Below, piece after piece: positions 10,202 through 19,900 of a stretch of DNA of 64,000 nt (within the stretch, counting starts at the first letter, position 1; every line of letters begins with the position of its first letter). The stretch is from a virus. Lineage: Duplodnaviria > Caudoviricetes. The position numbers and the translations under genes are program-made. The notes beneath the pieces were generated by a model. The model was not told the origin of the DNA and ran no database searches. It worked only from the letters and a program-made list of their open reading frames with translations. The DNA is taken from the IMG/VR virus record IMGVR_UViG_3300014039_000028, positions 1 through 64,000 of that record; one strand, 5' to 3'.

Positions 10202-10629
10202 TGGAAAGCATGACCAATGCAGTAGTTGAAATCGCTGCAAATCTCATTACCCAGCTTGCGATCATAGCCCTGACCACCGCATTTGCGTGGCTCACGGCCA
10301 AGATAGGCCAGAACAAGCACCTTGAGAACATCAACGCGGCCAAGGACGAGCTGAAGGACGCCGCCATACAGACCGTAGGCGAGCTGAACCAGCTCTTCGT
10401 TTCCGCATGGAAAGAGACTCAGGGAGGCAAGCTCACGGAAGATCAGGTTGCAAAACTCGGCACAGAACTTGTTAATTTGACCCTTAAAAAGATGAGCGGC
10501 AGCGCGCTTAAAGTCCTTGAAGCCGCCAGCATAGACCTTGAGACCTACATACACGGCGTAGCAGAGGATTGGATTGGAACCCTCAAAGGCAACGGCGTAG
10601 AGGTTGGCGTCATCACCGGCATTAAGTAA
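10198..10629 (+). CDS. holin (LL-H-like)
   Basis: single N-terminal TM (LITQLAIIALTTAFAWL) plus helical tail. Confidence 0.55.
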   Translation: MMESMTNAVVEIAANLITQLAIIALTTAFAWLTAKIGQNKHLENINAAKDELKDAAIQTVGELNQLFVSAWKETQGGKLTEDQVAKLGTELVNLTLKKMSGSALKVLEAASIDLETYIHGVAEDWIGTLKGNGVEVGVITGIK

Positions 10630-10660
10630 ATGAATTTTCCGAAAGCGAGGTGAGTTTTGA

Positions 10661-11350
10661 ATGAGCACAGCATGGGAACCAATCGAAACGCAGGCGATGA
10701 CCTACATAAAAAACGATTTGTCCCTTGATTGGGACATGAAGAACCGCCTCGCTGTCTTCTACAACCGCATGGCAGCGTACATGGATTGGGCTATTCCCCT
10801 TTTCAACCGTCCGCCTGAAATGCTGTTAAAACTGCAAAACCTTACCGTCCCAGATTTCGAGGATGTGGACTACACCCCCACAGAGAAGCAGGAAGCACCC
10901 GTGACGATAGAAACAGGACTCACCGGCTTCGACATCTGCTCATGCGGACTTATGGGCAAAGATCAGTTTGGAAATGTGACCTACTCCCCTGTTTCCTGTG
11001 TTTACTCCGCCGAGACCGGCGACGTTGTTGTGAACATCGACCTATCCCCAGACGATACGTTGTCCATCAACCTTTATAAAAGTGGCGAGTTTGCCGCAGA
11101 ACTCAACCGCACGGAGCAGACAATCCTCGCTTATGGCATTTATGCCGCATGGGAGCATCGTTTTGACAACAACGCCACAGAGCGTACCTCGAAGATACGC
11201 GACAGTTCGTTTACCACGATAAGTGAGGCTTCCCAGACGAACTCCAATACAGCTCGGCAGAAAGAGGTCATGCAGCAGTTCTACGGCATGCTCCGCCACT
11301 ACGAGGAGAACAGAAACTACATAGCAACTGTTCTCAGCACAAATCTTTGA
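10661..11350 (+). CDS. head-tail adaptor-like protein
   Basis: synteny and size. Confidence 0.45.
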   Translation: MSTAWEPIETQAMTYIKNDLSLDWDMKNRLAVFYNRMAAYMDWAIPLFNRPPEMLLKLQNLTVPDFEDVDYTPTEKQEAPVTIETGLTGFDICSCGLMGKDQFGNVTYSPVSCVYSAETGDVVVNIDLSPDDTLSINLYKSGEFAAELNRTEQTILAYGIYAAWEHRFDNNATERTSKIRDSSFTTISEASQTNSNTARQKEVMQQFYGMLRHYEENRNYIATVLSTNL

Positions 11351-11366
11351 TAAGAGGAGGCGGGGC

Positions 11367-12680
11367 ATGAATCTGAACAAACTGGCGCGAAACGCCGGGA
11401 TGGTCGGCGGATGCGATTACGCCCCGCTGACAAACGAGTGGATGCACTCGCAAGGCTTGCAGAAGCAGTATTTCACCCATCCGACGCAGGCTAATGCCGT
11501 AGACGTTGGTGATCTCGCAGACAACATATTCAACACAGCCTGTCAGGGAGTAGATACATCCAAAGACTGGTACGAATACACGCCCATCCAGATCCGCTCG
11601 ACCTTTGCATCTTCCTCCGCCACGGGCGAATTGCAGCCGGACGACTGGCAGCGTATCTATATCATCCAACCCGCAGGACTGACTTATATCCCCATCGGCT
11701 CTTACATGCAATATGCCACCAACTGGTGGATCGTCTACAAGCCCAACAACATGGGGCTTGGAATAGGTCAGGCTGTTGTGCGGCGCTGCAACGCCGTCAT
11801 TAATGTCCTCGACTACTACGGCAACGTCATTTCTATCCCCATGAGCTACGCCAAGATGGGCACTCTCGGCAACGCAAGCCATGCAACGGAGAACAGTATC
11901 ACTGCAAAGAACTATATCTCCTGCGTGTGTCAGCTCAATAAATACTCCAAGGCGTTTGTAGAGAACACTCGGCTGCTCTTAGGCAATATGTCCTACGCAA
12001 TGCGCGGCGTGAACAACTTCACGAGGGAGTTCACGAACAAGGCGGACAGCGTACATATCATCACTTTCACGATAGAGATGACGGAGCCGCTTCCACAGGA
12101 CGACTTTGATCGCGGAGTAGCCGATGGGCTTGCCTTCAAGTGGCTGCTCTCCGCAACGGCTGACAAGAGCATGAACGTTGGGGCAACTCAGACAATAGCC
12201 GTAAAAAGCATCAGGAACGGCGAGAGCGTTGTTTCTACTGCCGAGAACCCCATTGCCTATGTATTTACATCATCTGACACAAACGTGCTCACGGTGGATG
12301 AAAACGGGCTTGTAAAGGCTGTTGGCGAAGGCTCTGCGACAGTAACCGTTACGCTTGCTCAAAATCCGGACGTTGCGCAGACCGTGGACATCACTGTTGC
12401 GGCTGCCGGAGAAGGCTACGTCGCCTTTACCAGCACTCCCCTGACAGCGCTTCACTCTCTTGAGACTGCCGAGATAAGCGCAGCTTGGTTCGAGAATGGT
12501 ACTGCAACAGACGATGTTGTCACTTTCAGCTTTTCGGGAGCCGACGAGGACGCATACAGCGCAGACGTGCGCGGCAATAAGGCAACACTCACCTGCTACG
12601 GGCTTTCAGATAAGCCACTGATAGTGACAGCCACGCGCGAAGACAGTACCGCTCAAATGAGCATAGAACTTTTGGATTGA
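11367..12680 (+). CDS. head-closure-like protein with C-terminal Ig-like (Big_2-type) domain
   Basis: FTSSDTNVLTVDENGLVKAVGEGSATVTVT is a typical Big_2 signature. Confidence 0.6.
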   Translation: MNLNKLARNAGMVGGCDYAPLTNEWMHSQGLQKQYFTHPTQANAVDVGDLADNIFNTACQGVDTSKDWYEYTPIQIRSTFASSSATGELQPDDWQRIYIIQPAGLTYIPIGSYMQYATNWWIVYKPNNMGLGIGQAVVRRCNAVINVLDYYGNVISIPMSYAKMGTLGNASHATENSITAKNYISCVCQLNKYSKAFVENTRLLLGNMSYAMRGVNNFTREFTNKADSVHIITFTIEMTEPLPQDDFDRGVADGLAFKWLLSATADKSMNVGATQTIAVKSIRNGESVVSTAENPIAYVFTSSDTNVLTVDENGLVKAVGEGSATVTVTLAQNPDVAQTVDITVAAAGEGYVAFTSTPLTALHSLETAEISAAWFENGTATDDVVTFSFSGADEDAYSADVRGNKATLTCYGLSDKPLIVTATREDSTAQMSIELLD

Positions 12681-12691
12681 GGTGAAATCCC

Positions 12692-12976
12692 ATGAAGTAC
12701 GAATGTACCCACGCTCGCGAGGCAGACGGCATCCCTTACATAATCTGTGACCGAGAACCAATGCCCTCCGCCGTGGATAAACAGAATCTGTATCATTCGC
12801 TTTGCCCCTATCAGCGTTTTTGTGGGCAGAAAAGATGCGCAGTGCTGCTCCCTGAATGGGTGCGTTGCAAGAAAAACGCCGCTGATAAGCCACAGGAGAG
12901 CGTAGAAAAGCCTGTGGTCGCAAAGGTGGACGCTGATACCCCTGCAAAGAAAAGCGCGCAGAAGCGCCGCAAATAA
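12692..12976 (+). CDS. Cys-rich hypothetical protein
   Basis: in operon; five Cys. Confidence 0.55.
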   Translation: MKYECTHAREADGIPYIICDREPMPSAVDKQNLYHSLCPYQRFCGQKRCAVLLPEWVRCKKNAADKPQESVEKPVVAKVDADTPAKKSAQKRRK

Positions 12977-13008
12977 GCTTTAACGCCAAAGGAAAAGGAG
13001 AAACGACG

Positions 13009-13596
13009 ATGGCGATCACGATAACCGAAGAGATTTTGAGAAAGGCAGACGATTATCTGAGCCTGTCTCAAAAGGAGGGCATGGCAAAGGCGTTTGCTAT
13101 TGCCTGCGTAGAAGAAATGAAAACTCCCGGAGGCGATACGCTGCCTCCTCTGCTGAGAGAACGTTTCGGCGTAAAGCAGCAGTTTCTTATGGGCGTTTTC
13201 GCAAAGAGTTATCTGCATCAGAACTTCAAGAAGCAGAACTTCATTTGGGAAGGCGTAGAAACGATTTCCGGTGAACTCGATTCCTGCATGAGCGAAGAGG
13301 CCTACGACGAGTGGGCGCAGAGCCATGTTTTCTCGCAGATGAACCGCTTTGTGCGCCGCCATGACAACGATCTTTCGGACAAGGCTTATGAAATCATGAA
13401 CGATTTCAAGACGTTCTCAATGATGCTAAATGACAGCATCCATGCGCTGATAGAGCAGAACAATGACCCTGTGGGTCGTGTGATGAGAACCTTGACCGCC
13501 GAGATCACGCCCGAACTCACAAAGGAGATCCTCGCACAGCTGGACGAGGTCAAGGACATGGCAGAGCAGCTTCAGAAGGAGAAAGAAAATGCCTGA
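13009..13596 (+). CDS. hypothetical tail-module protein
   Basis: RBS, in operon. Confidence 0.6.
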   Translation: MAITITEEILRKADDYLSLSQKEGMAKAFAIACVEEMKTPGGDTLPPLLRERFGVKQQFLMGVFAKSYLHQNFKKQNFIWEGVETISGELDSCMSEEAYDEWAQSHVFSQMNRFVRRHDNDLSDKAYEIMNDFKTFSMMLNDSIHALIEQNNDPVGRVMRTLTAEITPELTKEILAQLDEVKDMAEQLQKEKENA

Positions 13597-14251
13597 CTGG
13601 ATAGGCGCACAGCCCTCCACTGATAGCCCCTATTACCCCTACACGAAGGTAGTTGCAGGCAACACGATGGAGGGAGCCGAAGAGATTCCGTACAGGTTGA
13701 TGAAATACCTGATGGACTTGCCGTCGCGCGGCTATACGCCGCCCTCTGATAACAGTTTTCCGAGAGCGAGGCTCAAGAAGCTTCTGTATTGGGACGGCGC
13801 AAAGCCGCTTGAACAGCCGCTTCCGACGCCGCAGCAGATTAAGGCGATTCAATTCGACCCTCTGCATCCAGCAGACCCGCCAGATGCAGAACGCGGGTAC
13901 AGAATCTTCCCACAGGAACTCGTCAGGCAGAGTCAGGATACAGCGCAGAGCGTTTTGAGAATCTATCTCGGCCCCGCAAACCGCATCCAGCAGAAAAACA
14001 CCTACGTTTTTCGACAGACCATCATCTACTGCATCATGTGCAACTACGGCATTGAGGCAAACATGCAGGTGATGGGGAATTCAAGGTCTTACGCCATAGT
14101 ACAGGCGATTCTTGAAGCCACTGAGGGTGTGAACTTCGGCGGGGTCGGCTCACTGAACACCTACCAAATCACAAAGTTTGATGACGAGCGAGTGAACACC
14201 GGCTACAAGATTTATCAGTACATCGACTGGAACGGCGATGACAACATCTAA
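13589..14251 (+). CDS. putative tail completion/terminator protein
   Basis: synteny. Confidence 0.4.
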   Translation: MPDWIGAQPSTDSPYYPYTKVVAGNTMEGAEEIPYRLMKYLMDLPSRGYTPPSDNSFPRARLKKLLYWDGAKPLEQPLPTPQQIKAIQFDPLHPADPPDAERGYRIFPQELVRQSQDTAQSVLRIYLGPANRIQQKNTYVFRQTIIYCIMCNYGIEANMQVMGNSRSYAIVQAILEATEGVNFGGVGSLNTYQITKFDDERVNTGYKIYQYIDWNGDDNI

Positions 14252-14275
14252 AGGCATACACGCCGAGGAGAAAAT

Positions 14276-15073
14276 ATGCAAGGCGTTAATAAATATGCAA
14301 ATGAAGTCCGAGAAAACAAGGAAATCGAGTTCAATGGACTGACATTTTACCCGCTGACGGTGCGCGACTTTCCCCTGTATCGAAGCGCAGCCGCCGCATT
14401 TGAACTTATGCAATCCTCATTGCCGCCGAAGTTTGCCCGCCTGTCGTGGTGTCAGTGCCTTGACGAAATGGACAAGCTCGGCAACGGCAGTCCTTTTTTG
14501 GAACCAGTTCTCAATGTTGTAGCAAAAGCGTTAAGGCTCGAAAGAATCAAACTGCCTGACGGCGCATACGGGTATCAGCTTTCCACCCTGCGGAAAGAGG
14601 GCACTCTTATGGGCATTTACATCAGGGAGCACGAAACTGTTCTGACCATCCAGATGATGGATGAGGTACGGCAGATAATCGCCGCCCAAAACGACTACCA
14701 GCTTCCGGACGAAAAATGGAACCCGGAACTGGTCGCGGCAGAGCAGTACCTAAACAGCCAAAATATGCCAAAGCTCGATATTGAGATCGAGGCGTGGGTC
14801 TATTCCGTAGCCGCAAATGTGGGAAAAGATGCAGACGAGCTATGGGATTGGCCGATACGCAAGTTCAGAGGATTCGACAGAGCAATCGACAGAACCCTCG
14901 GTTACCAAATCTACACGTTGGCTCAAGCGGTCGGGTTCACGAAGTTTGAGAAAGGCGCGCCTTATCCGACGTGGAAATTCGACAGGATTTCGGAGCTGCC
15001 TGCCGGATTCAAGACACTGACACAGCTCGAAGCCAAGGCAAAGGGGCAACTCCCTGAGCCGATGTCACAATAA
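14276..15073 (+). CDS. hypothetical tail protein (possible assembly chaperone)
   Basis: synteny. Confidence 0.4.
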   Translation: MQGVNKYANEVRENKEIEFNGLTFYPLTVRDFPLYRSAAAAFELMQSSLPPKFARLSWCQCLDEMDKLGNGSPFLEPVLNVVAKALRLERIKLPDGAYGYQLSTLRKEGTLMGIYIREHETVLTIQMMDEVRQIIAAQNDYQLPDEKWNPELVAAEQYLNSQNMPKLDIEIEAWVYSVAANVGKDADELWDWPIRKFRGFDRAIDRTLGYQIYTLAQAVGFTKFEKGAPYPTWKFDRISELPAGFKTLTQLEAKAKGQLPEPMSQ

Positions 15074-15089
15074 CAAGGAGTGATACATA

Positions 15090-16214
15090 ATGTATTCTTT
15101 CAACCCTCAGTATGAGTTTTCCAAGGGAATCGTGTACTTTGAGGCGTTCGATGTCGCTACCGACGATCTTGTCGGCTTCTCCAAGTACGTAACCGACTTT
15201 TCTCCCGCGGGCAGCATGAATGACGGCGCAGTTGAAGGCGGCCCCGGCAACATGCTTATCATCAACATTCCCGACACCTCCCGTCTGACCTTCACGGCCA
15301 AGACCGCCGACTCCGCGCTGAACAACATGGCGCTGACTATCGGCCAGAGCCTGACCGGCAACGGCGTTGTGGAGACCTCGAAGCCCGTTGTAGCAAACGG
15401 TGCGGCGCTGACCATAACCGGTGCTGTGGCTCCCCTCGGCGGTCAGAACGGTGCTGTGGCCTATATTCTCGGTTCTACCGGCAATGACAAGGACACTGTG
15501 GCAGCGAACAGCGGCAAGGCTTATAAGGTCGGCAGCGACGGCACCATTCAGGGCTTCACCGCTGTTTCCGGCAACACCTACTGTGTGAAGTATTTCGTGC
15601 AGAACAGCTCTGCTCTGCAGCTCGCAGTTCCCGCGCTGTTCCAGCCGAAGGTCGTTCGAGTTCACTTTGCGGTCAACATCTACGCCAAGAACGGCGGCGG
15701 CGATGCGAAGAACTCTTCCCTCTTCAAGATTCGCCACTACTACATCCCCTACTACTTCTTCACCGGCGCGCTGTCCGACACCATCAACCAGACCACTCCT
15801 GGTTCTGTTGACCTGTCCGGCAACTGCCTGACCGCTGATGAAGTCGGCACCGATGTCTGCGCAAGCAACGCCATGCCGAACTACTGCTACATCGTTGATG
15901 AGTTCGTCTCCGGCACTTCCACCGGTTCCGTCGAGGGCATCTATTTTGTCGGTGCTGGCGCAGGTGTTTCCGTGGCAAGCAGCGAGACCACCGAGCTTGT
16001 CGCCAAGTACGATGTTGCCGGTAATCTCACCAACATCTCCGACATGAGTGAGGTCACGTTCTCCACTGCGGCGGAGGGAACTGCCAAGTTCAACGACCCG
16101 CACTCTCCTGTGCTGACCGGCGTAGCCGCTGGCACCACCACGGCCACTGTCACCGTGACCAACAGCATTTCCAAGGTGACCTACACCGACACAATCCCCG
16201 TAACCGTCACCTAA
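15090..16214 (+). CDS. major tail (tube) protein with C-terminal Ig-like domain
   Basis: highly biased codons; C-terminal GVAAGTTTATVTVT; terminator follows. Confidence 0.7.
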   Translation: MYSFNPQYEFSKGIVYFEAFDVATDDLVGFSKYVTDFSPAGSMNDGAVEGGPGNMLIINIPDTSRLTFTAKTADSALNNMALTIGQSLTGNGVVETSKPVVANGAALTITGAVAPLGGQNGAVAYILGSTGNDKDTVAANSGKAYKVGSDGTIQGFTAVSGNTYCVKYFVQNSSALQLAVPALFQPKVVRVHFAVNIYAKNGGGDAKNSSLFKIRHYYIPYYFFTGALSDTINQTTPGSVDLSGNCLTADEVGTDVCASNAMPNYCYIVDEFVSGTSTGSVEGIYFVGAGAGVSVASSETTELVAKYDVAGNLTNISDMSEVTFSTAAEGTAKFNDPHSPVLTGVAAGTTTATVTVTNSISKVTYTDTIPVTVT

Positions 16215-16221
16215 ATCAAAA

Positions 16222-16250
16222 TAAAGCCCCCGGCGCAAGTCGGGGGCTTA
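16222..16250 (+). terminator. hairpin after major tail gene
   Basis: AAAGCCCCCG-GCGCAAGT-CGGGGGCTT. Confidence 0.55.
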
Positions 16251-16309
16251 TCCAAGACAGATGAATGATTCTTTCAACAAGGGATTATTCCTGTGTTTTG
16301 GAGGGCAAT

Positions 16310-16738
16310 ATGAGCGTTTTACAAGATTATTTGCAGATTCGCGGATTGCTAGATTCGGCCATTGAAAATGCACTAAGAGGCAGCGTTGCTGATGGGCTAA
16401 AAGAAGCAATACAGAAAAAGGCAAAAGAAAATGTTTACAGCTACCCTGCGTCTCCATCCGCTATGTACAAGCGGCGCGAAGAAAATGGAGGTCTCATTGA
16501 TGACACGACCATGCTGACCACCGTCGATGGATTGACACTGACACTGGAAAACACAGCAGAGCCGCAGCACGCCGACGGCATTGATCTCACTCCAATCGTC
16601 GAGGAGGGCGATCCTGCTTGGCATCAGCCCTTTGCTCGTCCCTTTATGGATGAAGCGCGAGACGAATACGTGGACGATGGAAAGGCCGACAGCGACATTG
16701 CAAAAGAACTAAAAGCTATGGGATTTACGGTTTCTTAG
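16310..16738 (+). CDS. HK97 gp10-like tail component
   Basis: GGAGGG RBS before ATG 16310; C-terminal ARPFMDEA motif. Confidence 0.5.
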   Translation: MSVLQDYLQIRGLLDSAIENALRGSVADGLKEAIQKKAKENVYSYPASPSAMYKRREENGGLIDDTTMLTTVDGLTLTLENTAEPQHADGIDLTPIVEEGDPAWHQPFARPFMDEARDEYVDDGKADSDIAKELKAMGFTVS

Positions 16739-16892
16739 GCGGATTTGCAGGCTTTGGAGAGGACTTTTTCTTGGTTTTCGAGGGCTTATCAGTCCGCAGC
16801 ATAGCAGCAAGCGCCCACTGCTGGCCGAGAGACATACCTCCTTGACCTTGCGCGAAAGCTTGAGAGGCCATTTGGGATTCATCCCAATTCAT
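16725..16892 (-). CDS. 55-aa antisense moron protein (MNWDESQMAS...PPKKP)
   Basis: read manually; RBS AAGGGAG; own promoter at 16916-16944. Confidence 0.6.
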   Translation of the reverse strand: MNWDESQMASQAFAQGQGGMSLGQQWALAAMLRTDKPSKTKKKSSPKPANPPKKP

Positions 16893-16915
16893 GATATCAA
16901 CTCCCTTCTATATAG

Positions 16916-16944
16916 ATTATACACTATGCGCCGTTATGTTGCAA
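16916..16944 (-). promoter_or_regulatory. sigma70/A promoter facing against the tail operon
   Basis: TTGCAA-17 bp-TATAAT on the minus strand. Confidence 0.65.
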
Positions 16945-16961
16945 GCGGAGGATAACGCCGA

Positions 16962-19900
16962 ATGAGCACAATAGTACAGATACAAGTAAATGTAAATGAC
17001 GCAAAAGCGATAGCCTCGCTGACCAACATAGAGAACATCGGCAAAAGACTGAGCAGCACACCGATAGAGATAAAGGTCAACGCCGGGGCTGTTGACAAAG
17101 TCTCAAAGTCGGTTATCCAGCTGGCAAAAGAGCAGACCAAACAGGCTACTGCAAGCGCAAAGCAGGCAGCGGCAGAAGCCAAGGTTCAGGTCGCGCAGGA
17201 AAAAACGAAGCAAACTTCTAACAGACTTGCCGCACAACAAGAGAAAACCGCGCAGTCGGCCAATAGATTGGCTACTGGACAGACCAAAGCCGCATCCGCA
17301 ACGCAAAAAGCGGGCACCGAGGCGCAGAAAACTTCGGCGCTGACCGACCTGCTGGGAGACAGCCTTGGCCGTATCGTTGCAAAACAGGCCGCATGGCAGC
17401 TTATAGGCAACGGCATTACCGCTGTAAAGAACTCTTTTGTTGAAGCTCTTTCCACCATGAAAGAGGTCGACAGTGAGCTTGCGACCGTGCGCAAGGTAAC
17501 CGGCATGACCAAGGACGAGATGAATGCTCTTGGCGAATCGGCGTATTCCACCGCATCTAAGTACGGCGTTGCAGCAAACGAGTACCTCCAGAACGTTTCT
17601 ACTTTCGCCCGTGCAGGTTACAAAGAAGCCGCACAGGGTCTTGGCGAGTTGGCCATAAAGACGCAGCTTGTCGGCGACACGGATCAGGAGACAGCATCGC
17701 AGTTTCTCCTTTCGGCTGATGCAGCGTGGAAATATCACGGCAATGTTGAAAAGCTTTCCCTCGCGCTGGATGAAGCCAACACCATAGACAACAACTATGC
17801 AACATCCATCCAGAAAATAGCTGAAGGCTTGCCAATCGTTGCCAATGTTGCCTCGATGGCAGGAATGTCCATGGAAGAAACCATGGCCATGCTTGGCACA
17901 ATCACCGCCACTACGCAGGAGAGCGGTACAAAGGCGGCAACTGCGGCCAGAGCGCTTATTCTCAACATTCTGGGTGACACCACTACTGAAATTTCGGATG
18001 GTGTAACAGCAACCGAGGAATCTGTACAGTCCCTTAATGGCATACTCCAGAAGTACGCCCCCGACGTTGTCGCTGCGGCAGAGGCCACGGGGAAGCTTAT
18101 AAACCCGATGGAAGCCATCGAGGCGCTGTCAAAGGCGGCAAAGGACGGTTTAATCTCCGAAGCCGATTTGATGCAGATGGTTTCTGCTCTCGGCGGAAAA
18201 CTCCGCACGAACCAGCTCCTTGCGCTCCTTGAAAACTTTGATATGTACAAAAGCATGTTGGCTGATATGGGCGTCGCCGCAGGCAGCGCCGATCAAGAAG
18301 TCAGCGTCATGCTCGATACTTGGGACGCAAAGGCAAATATTCTCAAGAACACATGGACTGAGTTCATCTCCAACATGGTCGATACCAGCCTTATAAAAGG
18401 CGCTCTCGATGTCATTACCGGACTTGTCAAGGCTCTTGACAGTGGTTTTGGACACCTCGTGATTACCGTAGCTGGCGTAACGGCAACCTTTGCCGTACTG
18501 AGCAGCGGATTAAAAGCGCTAAAAGCTGGAGTAGCTGAGCTTGCCTTGTCACAAGGCCCGTTAGCAGCCGGGATAACGATGACTACGGGCGCACTTGATG
18601 TATTAACTGGTGCGATGCTTAAAAGCCCGCTGTTTTGGGTAGGGGCTGCCACGGCGGTGATTTACAGCATAGTAAAAGCCGTGGATGCGCTTACAGTCAC
18701 CTATGAAGAGCAGGCACAAATCTTGTCTGACCTTGAATCAGAGTATGAGGCTACCTACGGCGAGGGAACGCGCTTCGACGAACTCAAGAAGAAGGTTGGC
18801 GAACTGACAGTTGCTGAGCAGAATGAATATAACATTCTGAAAATGCGCAACGACGAGGCAGAGCGTCAACTCAAGCTCGCACGTGATGCAGAGTACGACA
18901 AGTGGATGAATGAAAACTGGAGTAAAAAGACCGCAGTTTCTTCGGACACTTTTAGCAGCAAAGCGGGGCAATCGTCCACTGCTGGTGCAGACACTGTAAG
19001 CAAGTTTAGGAGCGAGTTGGCAGCCGCCCATGACGAATACGCTAAAGGCGAAACTACACTAACCGAGTATAGGAACGCGATCCTCGACATTGCGTCAAAC
19101 TACGACGATCTCTATGACAAGCTTTCCGATTACAAAAAGGATGGCCGCGAGCTCGGCGAGGACGCAGAGAATCTCATTAAAACATATGAAGCTGTCGCAA
19201 AGCAAGCCAACGATATCGACACTGGCGGAATAGACGCGGAAGCGGATTCCTTCGAGGAAGTAAAGAGCTCGGTCGATGCGGCGACAGAAGCTTTACAGAG
19301 GTACAACGCCGAATTAGAGCAGCTTGGCAACCGGGAAGAAAATGCCAACGCAATCCAGTCTGCATTTAACAAAGCAGTCGAGGATTTTGGTCAAGGCAAA
19401 CTCGGCTCGTCTTACATCCGCAGCGTCGTGGATATGATCCTCCCTCCTGATGTATTCCGGGAACTCGGATACAGTTACGAAAAAGGGATGGACGAAATCC
19501 TCAACGGTGTTACTGGTAGAGTTCTTTCGAGCGATAACATAGGGACTGCTTGGTATAACGAACTTCTGGCCGTGCGGGATAGTGGTGTCCTCGACGGAAT
19601 TGTCGAGTTCGACGATAGCGGTGCAATAAAAACTATCGCATCCTATAAAAAAGTCGCGGAAGCAATGCAAACGACAGAAGCTTTCGCTCAGGCGGCAACT
19701 GAACACTTGATGTCTCAACAAGATGGGCTTACATTCACCGGTGAACAGGCTGCTAATATAATTGACCAACTCAATGCAAAACTTAAAGAGAACGGCACGA
19801 CCGTAAAAGACGGTCAAGCTGGTTTTGAGGCTTTTGTGGATGCATTGTCTTCCGTTACGGGCTTTACCACTGAGGGCACATTGTTCGAGGCCATTGAAGG

